Source of the DNA: Clostridiales bacterium | GTDB lineage: Bacteria; Bacillota; Clostridia; Saccharofermentanales; DTU023 | DNA: 64,000 nt | Direction: 5' to 3' | Assembly: GCA_004556455.1 (NCBI GenBank) | Contig: SFGY01000007.1 | Coordinates: forward strand, 132,925 to 196,924 | Part shown: piece after piece, positions 63,870 through 64,000 of the stretch | How the letters are laid out: each line of letters begins with the position of its first letter | Numbering within the stretch: position 1 is the first letter of the stretch | The notes under the pieces: model-generated | Database searches by the model: none | What the model was told of the DNA's origin: nothing | The model's input: the letters and a program-made list of their open reading frames with translations, nothing else | Translations under genes and position numbers: made by a program

Positions 63870-64000
63870 TCAGCAGCGGTTGAAAAAGTCCAGGGCTGTC
63901 TGGCAATGCAGGGCCGCGCCTGCGCTGAACATGGATTCATCGAGATCGAAGCGGGGGGAGTGGTGCCCGTTGAATTTACCCTGAATCAAGCCCGGGTTGC
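63870..64000 (-). CDS. M20-family amidohydrolase/peptidase, C-terminal end only (gene runs off the right edge)
   Basis: The reverse frame reads ...NPGLIQGKFNGHHSPRFDLDESMFSAGAALHCQTALDFFNRC*. HHxxFDxDE...G is typical of M20D amidohydrolase C-termini. Confidence 0.5.
   Translation of the reverse strand, partial: NPGLIQGKFNGHHSPRFDLDESMFSAGAALHCQTALDFFNRC

Overview
This 64 kb window comes from a moderately GC-rich, Gram-positive-type, amino-acid-fermenting Firmicute, probably a Clostridia member. The evidence for that is LPXTG sortase substrates, lipoprotein solute-binding proteins, and T-box and L-box leaders. I saw no rRNA, tRNA, CRISPR array or intact transposase.

Layout, left to right:
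- 1-4.5 kb: a decayed defence/mobile island. It holds a DUF4143-type AAA ATPase, a GIY-YIG/DUF4357 remnant, an ORF6N protein, a frameshifted RepA_N gene and an hsdM fragment.
- 4.55-5.0 kb: a repeat-rich non-coding block.
- 5.0-8.7 kb: a large LPXTG surface protein split by a frameshift.
- 9.2-14.1 kb: a livJHMGF-type branched-chain amino-acid ABC operon.
- 14.4-23.1 kb: a nine-gene V/A-type ATPase operon, translationally coupled to an upstream OatA-like acyltransferase (23.1-25.1 kb).
- 25.3-28.7 kb: a tryptophan (UGG) T-box in front of a PF04392-type ABC transporter.
- 28.7-40.5 kb: a lysine riboswitch whose terminator geometry reads as an ON switch, followed by the lysine fermentation operon kal-kce-kdd-kamA-[P-loop ORF]-[MutS-like ATPase]-kamD-kamE-aacS.
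- 40.6-43.0 kb: a membrane pyrophosphatase behind an attenuator-like leader.
- 43.1-44.8 kb: a tryptophanase-family lyase.
- 44.8-49.0 kb: a segment that looks AT-richer by eye. It carries a lipoprotein, iteron-like repeats and two uncharacterised surface proteins.
- 49.0-52.1 kb: hbd-thl-crt.
- 52.3-57.1 kb: an mgl-like sugar ABC operon.
- 57.4-60.0 kb: a Zn/Cd-type P1B ATPase with a separately encoded HMA domain and a 12-2-12 operator.
- 60.3-64.0 kb: a DAACS symporter, two secreted proteins and the 3' end of an M20 amidohydrolase.

The most novel-looking element is the uncharacterised P-loop plus MutS-like ATPase pair inside the lysine operon, a candidate reactivase/chaperone for the B12-dependent aminomutase. 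Other points of interest are the ON-type lysine riboswitch, the aacS-pyrophosphatase linkage and several unexplained short tandem-repeat arrays in intergenic spacers.

All calls come from reading translations and motifs by eye. No database search was run.
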